Source of the DNA: a virus
Virus record (IMG/VR): IMGVR_UViG_3300036834_000211
Location: 32,001-96,000 of that record
Reading direction: 5' to 3' (one strand)
DNA: 64,000 bases
In this document: positions 9,448-19,386 of the stretch, in pieces
Layout of the letters: every line of letters begins with the position of its first letter
How positions within the stretch are numbered: position 1 is the stretch's first letter
Made by a program: the position numbers and the translations under genes
Notes under the pieces: model-generated
The model's database searches: none
The model's input: only the letters and a program-made list of their open reading frames with translations
Told to the model about the DNA's origin: nothing

Positions 9448-10209
9448 GTGAACCTGCACAGCATCGTCGCGCCCGTCGTCGGGGCCGTCAACGAGAATCA
9501 GATCGTCACGCTGATGCAGAATGTGAGATTCGTGACGAACGTCGACTTCTCGCGCTCTCCCGTCTACTCGACGTTCCGGATGAGGGCGCAGGTGCAGGGT
9601 CTGCAGTCCGACGACATCCGGGTCCTCAACGGCCTGGGCATCCAGGGAGAGCGCCGGAAGGTCTACCTGTGGGGGGCGTGGACCGGCATGGTCCGCAGCC
9701 TGCAGAAGGGCAACGACCTGATGATCCGCCCCGACGGCAGCCTGTGGAAGGTGGCCCACGTGTTCGAGGACTACGGGCACAACCTCGTCGGCACGGGTGG
9801 GTGGTGCAGCGTCGCTGCCGTACTGCAGAACCCGACGAGCGAGGACTACTACGTACCGAGACCACCAGGGCCAGATGACGTGACAACCATAAGCCTGACT
9901 TCCAGCTACAACGTGGCGTTCGCGGACAGCGGGACGTACTTCGACAACGACGCGGTCTCCGTACCGATCACCGCGACGCTCCCGCCGCCGTCGCCGGGTC
10001 TGAACTACCACTTCACCGTCACTAGCGCGCAGCTCTTCCAGATTAAGGCGTCGGCCGGGGTCTCGATAGCGATCGGTACGGTGGAGAGCGTGCCGGGCGG
10101 CAGCCTGAGCTCCAATTTTCTGTACTCGTCGGTCTACATCTACGCGCCGTCGGGAGTGAGTAACCAGTGGGTCGCCGAGAGCGAGACAGGAGGATGGGAT
10201 GTTAACTAG
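9448..10209 (+). CDS. Head-closure (stopper)-like protein with extra C-terminal beta domain
   Basis: 'MNLH.IV...V.AVN', 'AQVQ.L...D.....GL.IQG'; likely GTG start 9448 (ORF open from 9385); ~110-aa C-terminal extension. Confidence 0.7.
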   Translation: MNLHSIVAPVVGAVNENQIVTLMQNVRFVTNVDFSRSPVYSTFRMRAQVQGLQSDDIRVLNGLGIQGERRKVYLWGAWTGMVRSLQKGNDLMIRPDGSLWKVAHVFEDYGHNLVGTGGWCSVAAVLQNPTSEDYYVPRPPGPDDVTTISLTSSYNVAFADSGTYFDNDAVSVPITATLPPPSPGLNYHFTVTSAQLFQIKASAGVSIAIGTVESVPGGSLSSNFLYSSVYIYAPSGVSNQWVAESETGGWDVN

Positions 10210-11008
10210 CAAGATGAGGGTACTGCGGGCCGCGGGCGCGGTACTCGCGCTGGTACTGGCCCCCCTGGGGGCAGACGCGGCCACGTCGCTCGTGGGTCCG
10301 ATCCAGACCTACTCCTGCACGAATCAGGTGGCGACGGCGCTCGCCTCGGGCACCGCCGCGACGACCTGCTCGAACGTTACGGCAGCCATGTTCGGCTCGG
10401 CCATCGGTGCGGGCACGCTCTTCGGGAATCCGACGGGCTCAGCCGGGGCTCCGAGCTTCACGGCCGCGCCGGTCCTCGGCGTTGCCTCGACCACCGCCGG
10501 CACCCTGGGCCTCGCCAGCTCGACGCAGTCCGGGATCGTGCAGTTGGAGAACACGGGTGCCACCGCGTCCTGGCACCTGGACTTCCCGGCTACCGCCGGC
10601 TCCTCCAACGGCCAGGTGATGACGTGGCAGGGCGTCGACACCCCAATGACGTGGCAGAGCGTCGCGCTCGCCGCGGTGCCTATCCTCGTCGAGACGACGG
10701 GACCGGTGACGCTGACCAGCGCCCTCGACCGGACGGTATTCTACACGACTACCGCCGCCGTGACGTTTAACCTGACCGGCTCGGTAGTAGCCGGCGACAA
10801 CTGGTGCTTCGTCCAGACCTCCTCCAACGCCTGGACCCTCGCGGCCAACAGCGTTACCGGCATGACGATCACGGTGGCCAACTCTCCCGGTACCGCCACG
10901 ACGGGTACGCTGGTGTCGGGGGCGGCTGGCAGCCTGGTCTGCATCGACATGATCACGGCGACCAACGCCCAGGCGTACACGAGCAACGGCGCTGTGACGA
11001 ATAACTGA
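10199..11008 (+). CDS. Signal-peptide-bearing fibre-like structural protein
   Basis: N-term MRVLRAAGAVLALVLAPLGADA; Thr/Ala/Gly-rich with 'GNPTG....P.F' fibre-like motif. Confidence 0.6.
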   Translation: MLTSKMRVLRAAGAVLALVLAPLGADAATSLVGPIQTYSCTNQVATALASGTAATTCSNVTAAMFGSAIGAGTLFGNPTGSAGAPSFTAAPVLGVASTTAGTLGLASSTQSGIVQLENTGATASWHLDFPATAGSSNGQVMTWQGVDTPMTWQSVALAAVPILVETTGPVTLTSALDRTVFYTTTAAVTFNLTGSVVAGDNWCFVQTSSNAWTLAANSVTGMTITVANSPGTATTGTLVSGAAGSLVCIDMITATNAQAYTSNGAVTNN

Positions 11009-11520
11009 TGCGATACTCCCTATCCTACTGCCTGCTGGTCCTAGTCATCGTGTGGGGCGTAGGCGCGCACGCGCAGCAGCAGCCCCCGGGACAGGACATG
11101 TGCGCCGGACCCCTCCCGTACCAGGCCGACGCCCTCGTCGACCAGCGATTTCGGCTCCAGTGCTCCATCCAGAAGCTCATCGCCGAGCGAGCCGACGCCG
11201 AGAACCGCGCGACCGCCGCGGAGGTTCAGACCTCGGTCGAGGCGGCACACGCCAAGGCCCAGACGGACGCGCTCGACGCGGCGAATAAGAAATCCGCCGA
11301 GACGAGCGAGTACTGGAAGTTATACGTCGAGGGAGCCGACGCGCAGATAGTCGAGGACAACGAGAAGATCAAGGAGCTGTCCACCGAACTCTCCGAGGCC
11401 AGGAAGCGAGTTGAGATGTATACTCCGAGATTGACGTCGGCCGTCGACGCGTCGTGCTCCTGGCGCGGAGCGCTCAACGAGCCCACCGCGAGGATGTGTA
11501 GACTGTGGCAGAAGAGATGA
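11008..11520 (+). CDS. Signal-peptide coiled-coil protein
   Basis: Hydrophobic leader ending AHA; helical body with Cys pairs. Confidence 0.6.
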   Translation: MRYSLSYCLLVLVIVWGVGAHAQQQPPGQDMCAGPLPYQADALVDQRFRLQCSIQKLIAERADAENRATAAEVQTSVEAAHAKAQTDALDAANKKSAETSEYWKLYVEGADAQIVEDNEKIKELSTELSEARKRVEMYTPRLTSAVDASCSWRGALNEPTARMCRLWQKR

Positions 11521-12404
11521 GTTCAAGATTGCGCGGCGCGCTCGCCCTCCTCTGCTCCCTCCTCTGCTCCCTCCTCTGCTCCCTCGCGTGGTCGATCGCG
11601 TGGTCGATCGCGTCGGCCAGCGCCGGGACGTTCGTGTCCGGCCCCGCCGTCCTCGGCATCCAGAACACTCTGTCGGCGTGGAGCAGCGCTACGACGGTCA
11701 ACTCGACGCAGACCATCTTCTCGTCAGCCGGAGCTGCCGTCGCCGTTGTCCAGACCGACACTACATCTACGGTGACCGGGGGCGCGATTAGCTTCCAGGT
11801 GTCCTACGACGGCACGAACTGGGTTACCGTCGCTGCGGATCAGGTCCTCGACCCGGCTTCTGCTAACCTCGCGCAGATCTCGCTCCCCTACACGCTAGTT
11901 GCGAGCACGAACAAGACGTTCCTGATCCTGCCGCACGGCGCGCAGGGATTGCGGATCATCCTGACGACCGCGATCACCGGCACCGCCACGCTGACGCCGT
12001 ACTACGCGCTCTCCGGCACGCCCGGAGTCTACGAGGTAATCGATCCGGCCAACACCGCGGCCAACCCCGACTACGTCGCCCCGGGGACCGGGCAGACCTT
12101 CCCGATCGGCCCGCCGCCAGCCGCCGCCCGCAACACGCCGGGCTGCACGGTAGGCACGTCCTCGGCCCAGTGCCTCGCGGCGTCCACCGCCGTCTCCTTC
12201 CTGCAACTCCAGAACACTTCCGCGTCTGCTAACATCGCCTGTAACATCGTCGGCGGCACCGCCGTGCTCAACAGCAGTACCTCCGTCCAGCTCGGGGCCG
12301 GTCAGTCGGCGAGCTGGGGCGAGGGTACCGGGGGAGTTCCGTCCGGTGCGATCAACTGCATAGCTAGCGCCGCGTCCACGCCGCTCTACGTGGAGTGGAA
12401 GTGA
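11517..12404 (+). CDS. Signal-peptide beta-sandwich structural protein
   Basis: Leader ending ASA; 'FQVSYDGTNW' jelly-roll-like motif; C-terminal Cys-containing domain. Confidence 0.6.
   Translation: MSSRLRGALALLCSLLCSLLCSLAWSIAWSIASASAGTFVSGPAVLGIQNTLSAWSSATTVNSTQTIFSSAGAAVAVVQTDTTSTVTGGAISFQVSYDGTNWVTVAADQVLDPASANLAQISLPYTLVASTNKTFLILPHGAQGLRIILTTAITGTATLTPYYALSGTPGVYEVIDPANTAANPDYVAPGTGQTFPIGPPPAAARNTPGCTVGTSSAQCLAASTAVSFLQLQNTSASANIACNIVGGTAVLNSSTSVQLGAGQSASWGEGTGGVPSGAINCIASAASTPLYVEWK
11545..11613 (+). repeat. Tandem 12-bp repeats inside a signal peptide
   Basis: (ccctcctctgct)x3 encodes (LLCS)x3, then (cgcgtggtcgat)x2 encodes (AWSI)x2. Confidence 0.9.
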
Positions 12405-13363
12405 TGCCGCGCTCGATCGTCCTTGCCGTCCTCCTCTGCTCAGTGGCGGCGAGCGCTCTTGCCCAGATCGGACCGCCCCCCGGTGGGGGAGGCAGTGGCA
12501 TCTCGGGCCTGACGAACAACGTCGTGCCGAAGTCGAACTCCGCGGGGACTAACATCGTCAACGGGGCGGCTACCGACACGGGCAATACGTTCCAGGTCGC
12601 CGAGGGAGCCCTCGAGACCCCGGTCGCCCTCACCGACGGCTCGACGGTCGCGGTCAACTGCTACCTGTCGAACAACTTCACACTACAGCTCACGGCTAGC
12701 GGACACACGATCTCGAATCCGACCAACTGCACGGCCGGACAGCGACTCGACTTTCTGGTGCAGCAGCCGGCGTCCGGCGGACCCTACACGGTGTCGTGGG
12801 GCGCGGCCTACGTGTGGGTCGCCAGCGCCCCGGTGCTCAACACCGGCGCGAGCGCCTACACCGAAGCGGTGTGTAAGATCACTGCCACGACCCCGACAAT
12901 GATCTGCTACGCCCATGTCAACGGGGCCACCGGTGCGGCGTCAGTCGCGGCCCCTGCCGCGCCCGCGAGCACGTCTGCGTACCAGGCCCAGGGACTGTCG
13001 AGCGGTACCACGATCATCACACCTGTGACGACTGGCAACGTGGCGGTCACGATCTCGGGCACCTGCGAGACGACGGTGACGACGGTGACGGACGGCGCCC
13101 AGTTCTACATCATGCACGGGACCGGCAACGGAAACGCGAACGGCTCGACGACCCTCGGGACGCAGGACGGATCGGTCGAGCCGTGCCAGCCTGGTACGAC
13201 CCTGACGGCTGCGGCGGACTGGAAGTCACCCTGGTCGAAGACCTGGGTGGTGACGGGGCTGACGGTCGGGACCGCGTACTACTTCGACCTCGCCGGAGAG
13301 GCGATAGGGGCGTCGGCGGTCAAGCTCGTCAATGTGGACGTCGCCGCTTACGAGATCCAATGA
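12404..13363 (+). CDS. Signal-peptide tail-fibre-like protein
   Basis: Leader ending ALA; 'LTDG.T.AV.....NNF...LT....T..NPTN...GQ......Q...GG..T..WG..Y.W' tail-fibre domain motif. Confidence 0.65.
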   Translation: MPRSIVLAVLLCSVAASALAQIGPPPGGGGSGISGLTNNVVPKSNSAGTNIVNGAATDTGNTFQVAEGALETPVALTDGSTVAVNCYLSNNFTLQLTASGHTISNPTNCTAGQRLDFLVQQPASGGPYTVSWGAAYVWVASAPVLNTGASAYTEAVCKITATTPTMICYAHVNGATGAASVAAPAAPASTSAYQAQGLSSGTTIITPVTTGNVAVTISGTCETTVTTVTDGAQFYIMHGTGNGNANGSTTLGTQDGSVEPCQPGTTLTAAADWKSPWSKTWVVTGLTVGTAYYFDLAGEAIGASAVKLVNVDVAAYEIQ

Positions 13364-15132
13364 AGAAGCTATTTTTCTGTCTCTTGATGCTCTTCGTCGC
13401 GACCTTCGTCGTGGCCTTAGTCGACGTCGCGACCATGCCGGGATCTCGCGCCATCCTGATCGCCGGCGGTGGGGGAAGCGGTGGAGGAACAAGTACCATA
13501 ACTGGATTGTCCCTGTCGAGTACGACTTACACGTCAAGTACAGCGGGGACCAATGTAGGAACTCTTACTCTCGCAGGAACGAACAATGGTACGGCAACCT
13601 ACACGCTGAGCGGTCCGGACGCGGCGAGGTTTCAACTCAGCTCGTCCTGCACAGGGGCGTCGTGCAGCCTTCAGGCCAGCGGTAGCGAGCCAGACGGATT
13701 CCACGATGGTCGTTTTCTGGTGTTCGTTACGCCGACACTCGCCGGCGCAAGAGGAAGCGGCGTCGTTTATCCTTTTACTGTCAACGAGACAGTCACTTGT
13801 AATCAAACGGTTACGACAGGCTTCGCCGCATCGAACATCACGAGCGCCATAGCCGCCGCGAGCGCCGGACAGAACATCTGCATTCAGGGCAGCGGGACTG
13901 TAGCTAGTAACGTGGCGGTCAACAAGGGCGTTCGAATCACGGGAGTCAACAGTACCTCTAACCCATCGATCACGGTATCGGGGCAGATAGTCGCGTTCAA
14001 CGTCACCGCCAATGCGGCTCAGATCGACCATTTGACGGCGTCCGGAACGATACCAGGGTCGCCAGCGACGAACGTTTGCAATAGCACGCTGTCTGGCTTC
14101 GTCAGCACAGGCACAGGCATCAGCGGCTTCACCGCCACGTACAACAAGACCAGCTCCTTCATGTGCGACTACGTGTACGGCGACACGACGACTGGATTGA
14201 GTGGTTTGGTGCACAAGTACAACTACAGCTCTGGCAGCGGGTACGTCGGGGTGGCGTGTGACATCTGCGTGGGAGGCAGCAACGTCGTCAACAACAATAC
14301 TTGGAAAGATGGCGCCCCCGCCACTGGCGAGGTCAATCTATATCCATTCGCCATAAGTGGAGACGCAATATCGGTGGGGGTGTCGTTTACGAATAACATC
14401 GTGATCAATAATACTCTCTGGGAGTGCTACGACGCACACGGTGGTACGGACATCTACTGGACCAGCAACTATGCGTTGGCGTGCAATGCTCACGGCAACA
14501 GCTCGGCCTTGGCCGTGGGTCCAATCTCAGGGCGGAATGCGACTCGCGATCGGGTCAACAGCAATTACATCGACGCGGGAACAGCCGGCAGCTGTTGCGA
14601 CGCGATCGTTGATGAGGCCGTCTCGGGAACCTCGCTGATCTGCACTGGTGGAGACGGACAAGGCTGCCAAGTCGAGAACAACACCGCTTTGGTCAGTGGC
14701 GCGTCCTGCTCCGGCTGGATCTTGACGGGAGCCGCCGGCGGCACGTTGACGGGCACGCAGACCGTGAGCGGAAATGTCTGTACTGGCGCTCCGGCGACGA
14801 TGGCCGCTCCGGTACTGACGACCGATCAGCCGTCGAACGGGTTTGTGGCCGGCCAAGCGAATGGAGTCATCGGCAAGATCACGGTGGCGATGACGCCGGC
14901 ATTTCCTGCGTGGGTAGGTAGCTGGCCATACGCCAGTGGCTGGCCAGGGACATTCTCAGTCGGCGGCACAAATTCCGGGGGTTTCGTGATTTGCGTCGAT
15001 GGCCAGCACCTTTGTCAGAGTGCCACCGGAACGCCGGCAGGAACCTATAATGATTTTACGATCACCGGCACCTTGACTGGGCTCAGCAACTCGCCGCAGA
15101 CATCCGGTACACAGACCGTGACGGGCACTTAA
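13360..15132 (+). CDS. Large Cys-rich adhesin/tailspike-like protein (cadherin/Ig-like plus right-handed beta-helix) with N-terminal hydrophobic leader
   Basis: MKKLFFCLLMLFVATFVVALV; 'TYTLSGPDAARF' cadherin-like; Asn-ladder repeats. Confidence 0.6.
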   Translation: MKKLFFCLLMLFVATFVVALVDVATMPGSRAILIAGGGGSGGGTSTITGLSLSSTTYTSSTAGTNVGTLTLAGTNNGTATYTLSGPDAARFQLSSSCTGASCSLQASGSEPDGFHDGRFLVFVTPTLAGARGSGVVYPFTVNETVTCNQTVTTGFAASNITSAIAAASAGQNICIQGSGTVASNVAVNKGVRITGVNSTSNPSITVSGQIVAFNVTANAAQIDHLTASGTIPGSPATNVCNSTLSGFVSTGTGISGFTATYNKTSSFMCDYVYGDTTTGLSGLVHKYNYSSGSGYVGVACDICVGGSNVVNNNTWKDGAPATGEVNLYPFAISGDAISVGVSFTNNIVINNTLWECYDAHGGTDIYWTSNYALACNAHGNSSALAVGPISGRNATRDRVNSNYIDAGTAGSCCDAIVDEAVSGTSLICTGGDGQGCQVENNTALVSGASCSGWILTGAAGGTLTGTQTVSGNVCTGAPATMAAPVLTTDQPSNGFVAGQANGVIGKITVAMTPAFPAWVGSWPYASGWPGTFSVGGTNSGGFVICVDGQHLCQSATGTPAGTYNDFTITGTLTGLSNSPQTSGTQTVTGT

Positions 15133-15953
15133 TGGCGATTACGCACGTTAATGGCGTAATTGGCGCTGATGGTTCAGCCACCGGAGCGACCAGCGGCACT
15201 GCGCCGTCTTTCACTGCCTCGGCCGGCAATCTCGTCTGTGGCGGAGTGACGTTTAGTAACGCCACCAATGTCTTGACATCGGTCAAGATTGGCTCACTTA
15301 TAGCGACGCTTGGAACAGCAATAAACAATACCAACAATGCGACATTTTTAGTACCATATCATTTTCCTGGCTCAATTCTTACGGGGGGTGCCGCAGTAAT
15401 CACCGCGGCATTCTCCGCGGCCGTCACCTACATAAGGATCATAGGCGACGAATTTGCGGGCGTTCAGGTAAGCTCGCCGCTCGATCAAGCGACTGGCCAG
15501 TATCAGCCGGCGCCATCTGGGGGTCCCTCGTCCGGCAACGTCACGCCGCTGCACAATGGAGAACTGATCTACGGCATCGTCGACGACGGCTCGCAGGGCG
15601 GCGGAACGTGGACGGCGGGCAGTGGCTTCACGCTGCTCGAACAGAATGCCAGCGGCAATGCCGTTACGATGGCGAGTGAGTGGCGGGTGCAAGCCACCGC
15701 TGCCGCGATAGCCGCAACGTTCACCGAGAGCTTCGGCAATACTACGGACAGTTTCGAAACCGCGATCATGACATTCCAGGCGGCGGCCTCTAGCGCTTCT
15801 AGTAGAGGTTGCATCAAGGGGTCAATCTTGCTATTCGGTTGCGGCATCTGGGCGGCAAAGAAGATCGAGAAGAATGAGATCGTCACTAGGCGGTCTCTCA
15901 TCTTGCCAGGTCGCCGAGGTCTGATCGACCACAACGGCGGTCCCTCCCGATGA
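15132..15953 (+). CDS. Beta-rich virion/receptor-binding-type protein
   Basis: Ala/Thr/Gly-rich, 'EF.GV....PLDQ', lower GC than neighbours. Confidence 0.55.
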   Translation: MAITHVNGVIGADGSATGATSGTAPSFTASAGNLVCGGVTFSNATNVLTSVKIGSLIATLGTAINNTNNATFLVPYHFPGSILTGGAAVITAAFSAAVTYIRIIGDEFAGVQVSSPLDQATGQYQPAPSGGPSSGNVTPLHNGELIYGIVDDGSQGGGTWTAGSGFTLLEQNASGNAVTMASEWRVQATAAAIAATFTESFGNTTDSFETAIMTFQAAASSASSRGCIKGSILLFGCGIWAAKKIEKNEIVTRRSLILPGRRGLIDHNGGPSR

Positions 15954-16735
15954 GTAGCGGTCCTCCCGGTATCACGATCTCGCTGACCGAGGCCCAGGGC
16001 TTCCAGGCGCTCGGTCAGTTCCTCCAGGCGGTCTGCTCACCCTCCCCGATTACGGTGGTGCGCGGGCTCGGCTCCACAGCACCGGGCAGCAACGTACGCG
16101 TGCCGGAGCCGGTCGCGGGCGACTTCGTGGTGATGTCCAGCCTGCGCATCGCGCGTCTGGAGACCAACGAGATGACGTTCAGCGACAACGTCTGCGTGGG
16201 GTCGATATCCGGTACGACGCTGACGGTGACGGTCGCGACGCGGGGAGCGCTGGCTCCGGGCAACCTGCTGATCGACTACAACTACCCCGGCGGACTCATC
16301 CTACCCAACACGACGATCGTGAGGCAGCTGACTGGAGCGATCACCGGCGGTCCGGGTACCTACCAGGTCGGCGTCAGTCAGACACTCTCGAGCGAGACCC
16401 TGTACGCTGGTACGAGGTCGGACCAGGTAGGCACCGAGTGGACCGTACAGCTCGACGTGCACGGTCCCAACAGCCTCAACAACGTCAACGTGATCGAGAC
16501 CCTGTTCCGCAGCGATTACGGCGTCGACTTCCTCGCTGCCACGGGGTTCTGGATCGCACCCCTCCACATCGACACGGCCGGCCAGATGCCGTTCGAGAAC
16601 GCCGAGGGAGAGGTTGAGTATCGGTGGGTTATGGAGGCCCACCTGGAGATCGTCCCGATCGTAACGACGCCGCAGCAGTTCGCCGACCATGTCCAGGTTG
16701 AGACCGTCGAGGCTGGAGTCATCTACGTGCCGTAG
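15950..16735 (+). CDS. Tail terminator/neck protein with inserted beta module
   Basis: 'NVRVPEP..DFVVM', 'VQLDVHGP.S......IETLFRS', 'QMPF.N.E...E.RW'. Confidence 0.75.
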   Translation: MSSGPPGITISLTEAQGFQALGQFLQAVCSPSPITVVRGLGSTAPGSNVRVPEPVAGDFVVMSSLRIARLETNEMTFSDNVCVGSISGTTLTVTVATRGALAPGNLLIDYNYPGGLILPNTTIVRQLTGAITGGPGTYQVGVSQTLSSETLYAGTRSDQVGTEWTVQLDVHGPNSLNNVNVIETLFRSDYGVDFLAATGFWIAPLHIDTAGQMPFENAEGEVEYRWVMEAHLEIVPIVTTPQQFADHVQVETVEAGVIYVP

Positions 16736-16741
16736 ATAGGT

Positions 16742-16912
16742 TCACCTGGACAGGATCGGCAGTGCGCGTTTGAGAAGTCCCTGCCACTCGTCATCCTCGA
16801 TCATCAATATGATGACCCTGAGCCATGTCCAGTGGAGCATCTCGACGGGGTTAATCAGCTTGTTCTTATGGTCATCTATCAACTTTAGGGCGTCGTCCTT
16901 CGTCATCTGCAT
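16742..16912 (-). CDS. Small hypothetical protein (antisense insertion)
   Basis: RBS AGGAG before ATG; MQMTKDDALKLID... Confidence 0.55.
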   Translation of the reverse strand: MQMTKDDALKLIDDHKNKLINPVEMLHWTWLRVIILMIEDDEWQGLLKRALPILSR

Positions 16913-17106
16913 TATCTCCTGCTTGCGAGGTCGCGGATCCATCGATCCAAGGCAGCCTCGTACTTCCTGCGGTAGTGGCGCGTGTTGCGCCTGGGATTGG
17001 TCTCGTGGAGAGCCGCTGCCACAGCTATGAGACACAAGCACTCGACCTCCACGTCGGTGATGTTTGGCTCGGGGATGAGCGAGGGCGTTACCCAGACGAG
17101 ATCCAT
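16912..17106 (-). CDS. Small hypothetical protein (antisense insertion)
   Basis: ORF coupled to the next minus-strand ORF. Confidence 0.4.
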   Translation of the reverse strand: MDLVWVTPSLIPEPNITDVEVECLCLIAVAAALHETNPRRNTRHYRRKYEAALDRWIRDLASRR

Positions 17107-17129
17107 GGTCTAATATACGGGAATAGCCG

Positions 17130-19172
17130 ATGCCGACAAATGTGATACCAGCAATTCCCGCTAGTCAACTCGTCGACGTCGTCCCGAGCGTACTGGCAGC
17201 TGGCGGCAACCCGCTGCAATTCTGGGGTCTACTCGTCGACTCCAACATCGGCGCCAACGGCTACCCACTGATGCCGATGGGCGAGGTCCTGCTCTTCTCC
17301 GGCTCGACGGACGTGAGCAGCTACTTCGGGGCGGTGAGTCAGGAGGCCGGTCTCGGCAACGTCTACTTTACCGGCCCCACCAACTCCACCCGGTCGCCGA
17401 GCGGCCTGCTGGCGGTGCAGTACGCGCTGAATGCCGTCCCCGGATACCTGCGAGGCGGCAACGCCTCCGGCATGACGCTCGGCCAGCTGCAGACGGTCAA
17501 CGCCCCGCTGACGGTGTCGATCGACGGCGCGGCGCCGATCACGGCGACGGTCAACCTGGCCGCCGCCACTAGCTTCTCGAACGCCGCCCAGCTGATCGGC
17601 GCGGCGCTGGGCATCAGGGGCATCCAGAAGGGCACCTTTCAGGCCTCGCTCTCCGGCAACGCGATGACGGTGTCCGCGTTCGCGACGGCGAGCGCCAACG
17701 GACCGCTCCAGGCCACCTTCACGGCGAGCCTGTCCGGCACTCAGATGGTGGTGACCTCCGTCGCCGGCGGCTACCTGCAGCTCGGCCAGGTCCTCGTCGG
17801 AACGGGCATCGCGCTCGGCACGACGGTCGCCTCGTACTCGGGCGGAGGGCAGCCCGGCGGCGTCGGTACGTACGTGCTGAGTCAAGCGGCGACGACCGAG
17901 CCGGCCGAGACGATCAGCGCCTACGCGCCGCTGCCGACGATCCTCCTCGGCGACGTGGTCGTGGGCACCGGCATCCCGGCCAACACGTACGTCGCGAGCC
18001 AGTCTGGCGGCACGATCGGCGGGGCCGGCACCTACGTACTGAATCAGAGCGTCACCACCGAGTCCGCGGAGGCGATCAGCCAGTACGCCGCCGGCTGCTC
18101 GTACAGCTCCATCCACGGGGCCTTCGACATCCACTCTGGGACGACGGGGGTAAATTCCAGCGTCTCGTTTTGCACGGGGGCGGCGGCTGCTCCTCTGTTC
18201 CTGACGCAGGGCCTGGGTGCCGTACAGTCCCCCGGAGCTGCCGCGTCGTCCCCCACGGCATTCATGAACGGCGTCATCGCACAGACCCAGAATTGGGTCA
18301 GTTTCATGACGACCTGGGAGCCGACTGACGCCGACAAGGCGACCAATACTGCGTCGAGCTTCGCGGGATGGAACAACGCTCAGGGCAACTCCTACCGCTA
18401 CTGCATGTGGGAGACTAACGCCGTTGACACGGCGATCGGTGGACCGTCGGCCGCCGCGACGCAGATCAACAACGCTGACCTGAGCGGCACCGTGATGATC
18501 TACACCAACCCAGCGATCACCACGCTGCCCGGGGAGAAGGCGGCGTTCTCCATGGGCTGGGCCGCGGCGCTCGACTTCCCCAGGCTGAACGGCCGACAGA
18601 CGGCGGCGTTCAAGTCCTACGTCGGGGGCCTGCCGGACGTCACCAACGGCACGATCGCGCAGGTCCTCGCGGGCTCGCCGCAGAGCGGAACTTTCGGATA
18701 CGGCATCAACTTCTACGGAGACTACACGACTCGCAGTCAGGGGTTCCCCGAGTACCAGCGCGGCCTGGTCTCGGGCCCGTTCGTCTGGGACGACAGCTAC
18801 ACCAACCAGATACAGCTGAACAACGCCCTGCAGAATGCGATAATGATCGGACTGTCGGCCGCCAACTCGGTCCCCTACGCCAATCCGGGCTACGCCCAGA
18901 TCGAGTCCTGGTGCCTCGATCCGATCCTCGCGGCGCTGAACTTCGGATCCATCGTGCCGGGAGTGCAGCTCAGCCAGGCGCAGACGCAGTCGGTCAACCA
19001 GTCCGCCGGCATCGACATCGCGACCACACTGTTCCAACGGGGCTGGTACTTACAGATCAGCCCGGCATCTGCCGCGACGCGCTCCATCCGAGCGAGCCCG
19101 CCGTGCACGCTGTGGTACGCGGACGGGGGGAGCGTCCAGGCGATCACGCTGGCGTCGATCACCGTTCAATAG
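17130..19172 (+). CDS. Tail sheath protein (DUF3383 family)
   Basis: 'IPAS.LV.V.PSVL.AGG', 'QNW.SF.T..EP', 'NGR.T.AFK', 'N.YG.Y', 'WY.DGGSVQ.I.LAS'. Confidence 0.9.
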   Translation: MPTNVIPAIPASQLVDVVPSVLAAGGNPLQFWGLLVDSNIGANGYPLMPMGEVLLFSGSTDVSSYFGAVSQEAGLGNVYFTGPTNSTRSPSGLLAVQYALNAVPGYLRGGNASGMTLGQLQTVNAPLTVSIDGAAPITATVNLAAATSFSNAAQLIGAALGIRGIQKGTFQASLSGNAMTVSAFATASANGPLQATFTASLSGTQMVVTSVAGGYLQLGQVLVGTGIALGTTVASYSGGGQPGGVGTYVLSQAATTEPAETISAYAPLPTILLGDVVVGTGIPANTYVASQSGGTIGGAGTYVLNQSVTTESAEAISQYAAGCSYSSIHGAFDIHSGTTGVNSSVSFCTGAAAAPLFLTQGLGAVQSPGAAASSPTAFMNGVIAQTQNWVSFMTTWEPTDADKATNTASSFAGWNNAQGNSYRYCMWETNAVDTAIGGPSAAATQINNADLSGTVMIYTNPAITTLPGEKAAFSMGWAAALDFPRLNGRQTAAFKSYVGGLPDVTNGTIAQVLAGSPQSGTFGYGINFYGDYTTRSQGFPEYQRGLVSGPFVWDDSYTNQIQLNNALQNAIMIGLSAANSVPYANPGYAQIESWCLDPILAALNFGSIVPGVQLSQAQTQSVNQSAGIDIATTLFQRGWYLQISPASAATRSIRASPPCTLWYADGGSVQAITLASITVQ

Positions 19173-19386
19173 GGATGGTGAAGATCTCCCAGCTGTCAAC
19201 TGGGACGGCTTCTCCACTTAGAATCTTGAACCAAAACGCCATCCTCAGCTCGATGATTGCGGTCTGTCCAGTGCTCGGGTGTTGAAGCGTCATGCGCAGC
19301 TTGCCACCTTGCTGAAGTGCCTTGATCGATCCATTGTTCGCACTGATGACCTGCTTCTCGTCTACGTCCAGATCGGATATTTTCAC
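19159..19386 (-). CDS. Small hypothetical protein (antisense insertion)
   Basis: GTG start overlapping the stop of the 19383-19772 gene. Confidence 0.5.
   Translation of the reverse strand: MKISDLDVDEKQVISANNGSIKALQQGGKLRMTLQHPSTGQTAIIELRMAFWFKILSGEAVPVDSWEIFTIPIER

Noticed and set aside
17229-19037. 602-aa minus-strand ORF and many other long antisense or overlapping ORFs (e.g. 57426-58664, 62920-63987, 9256-10284)
   Set aside because: Shadow frames of well-supported plus-strand genes in high-GC DNA; no protein-like motifs
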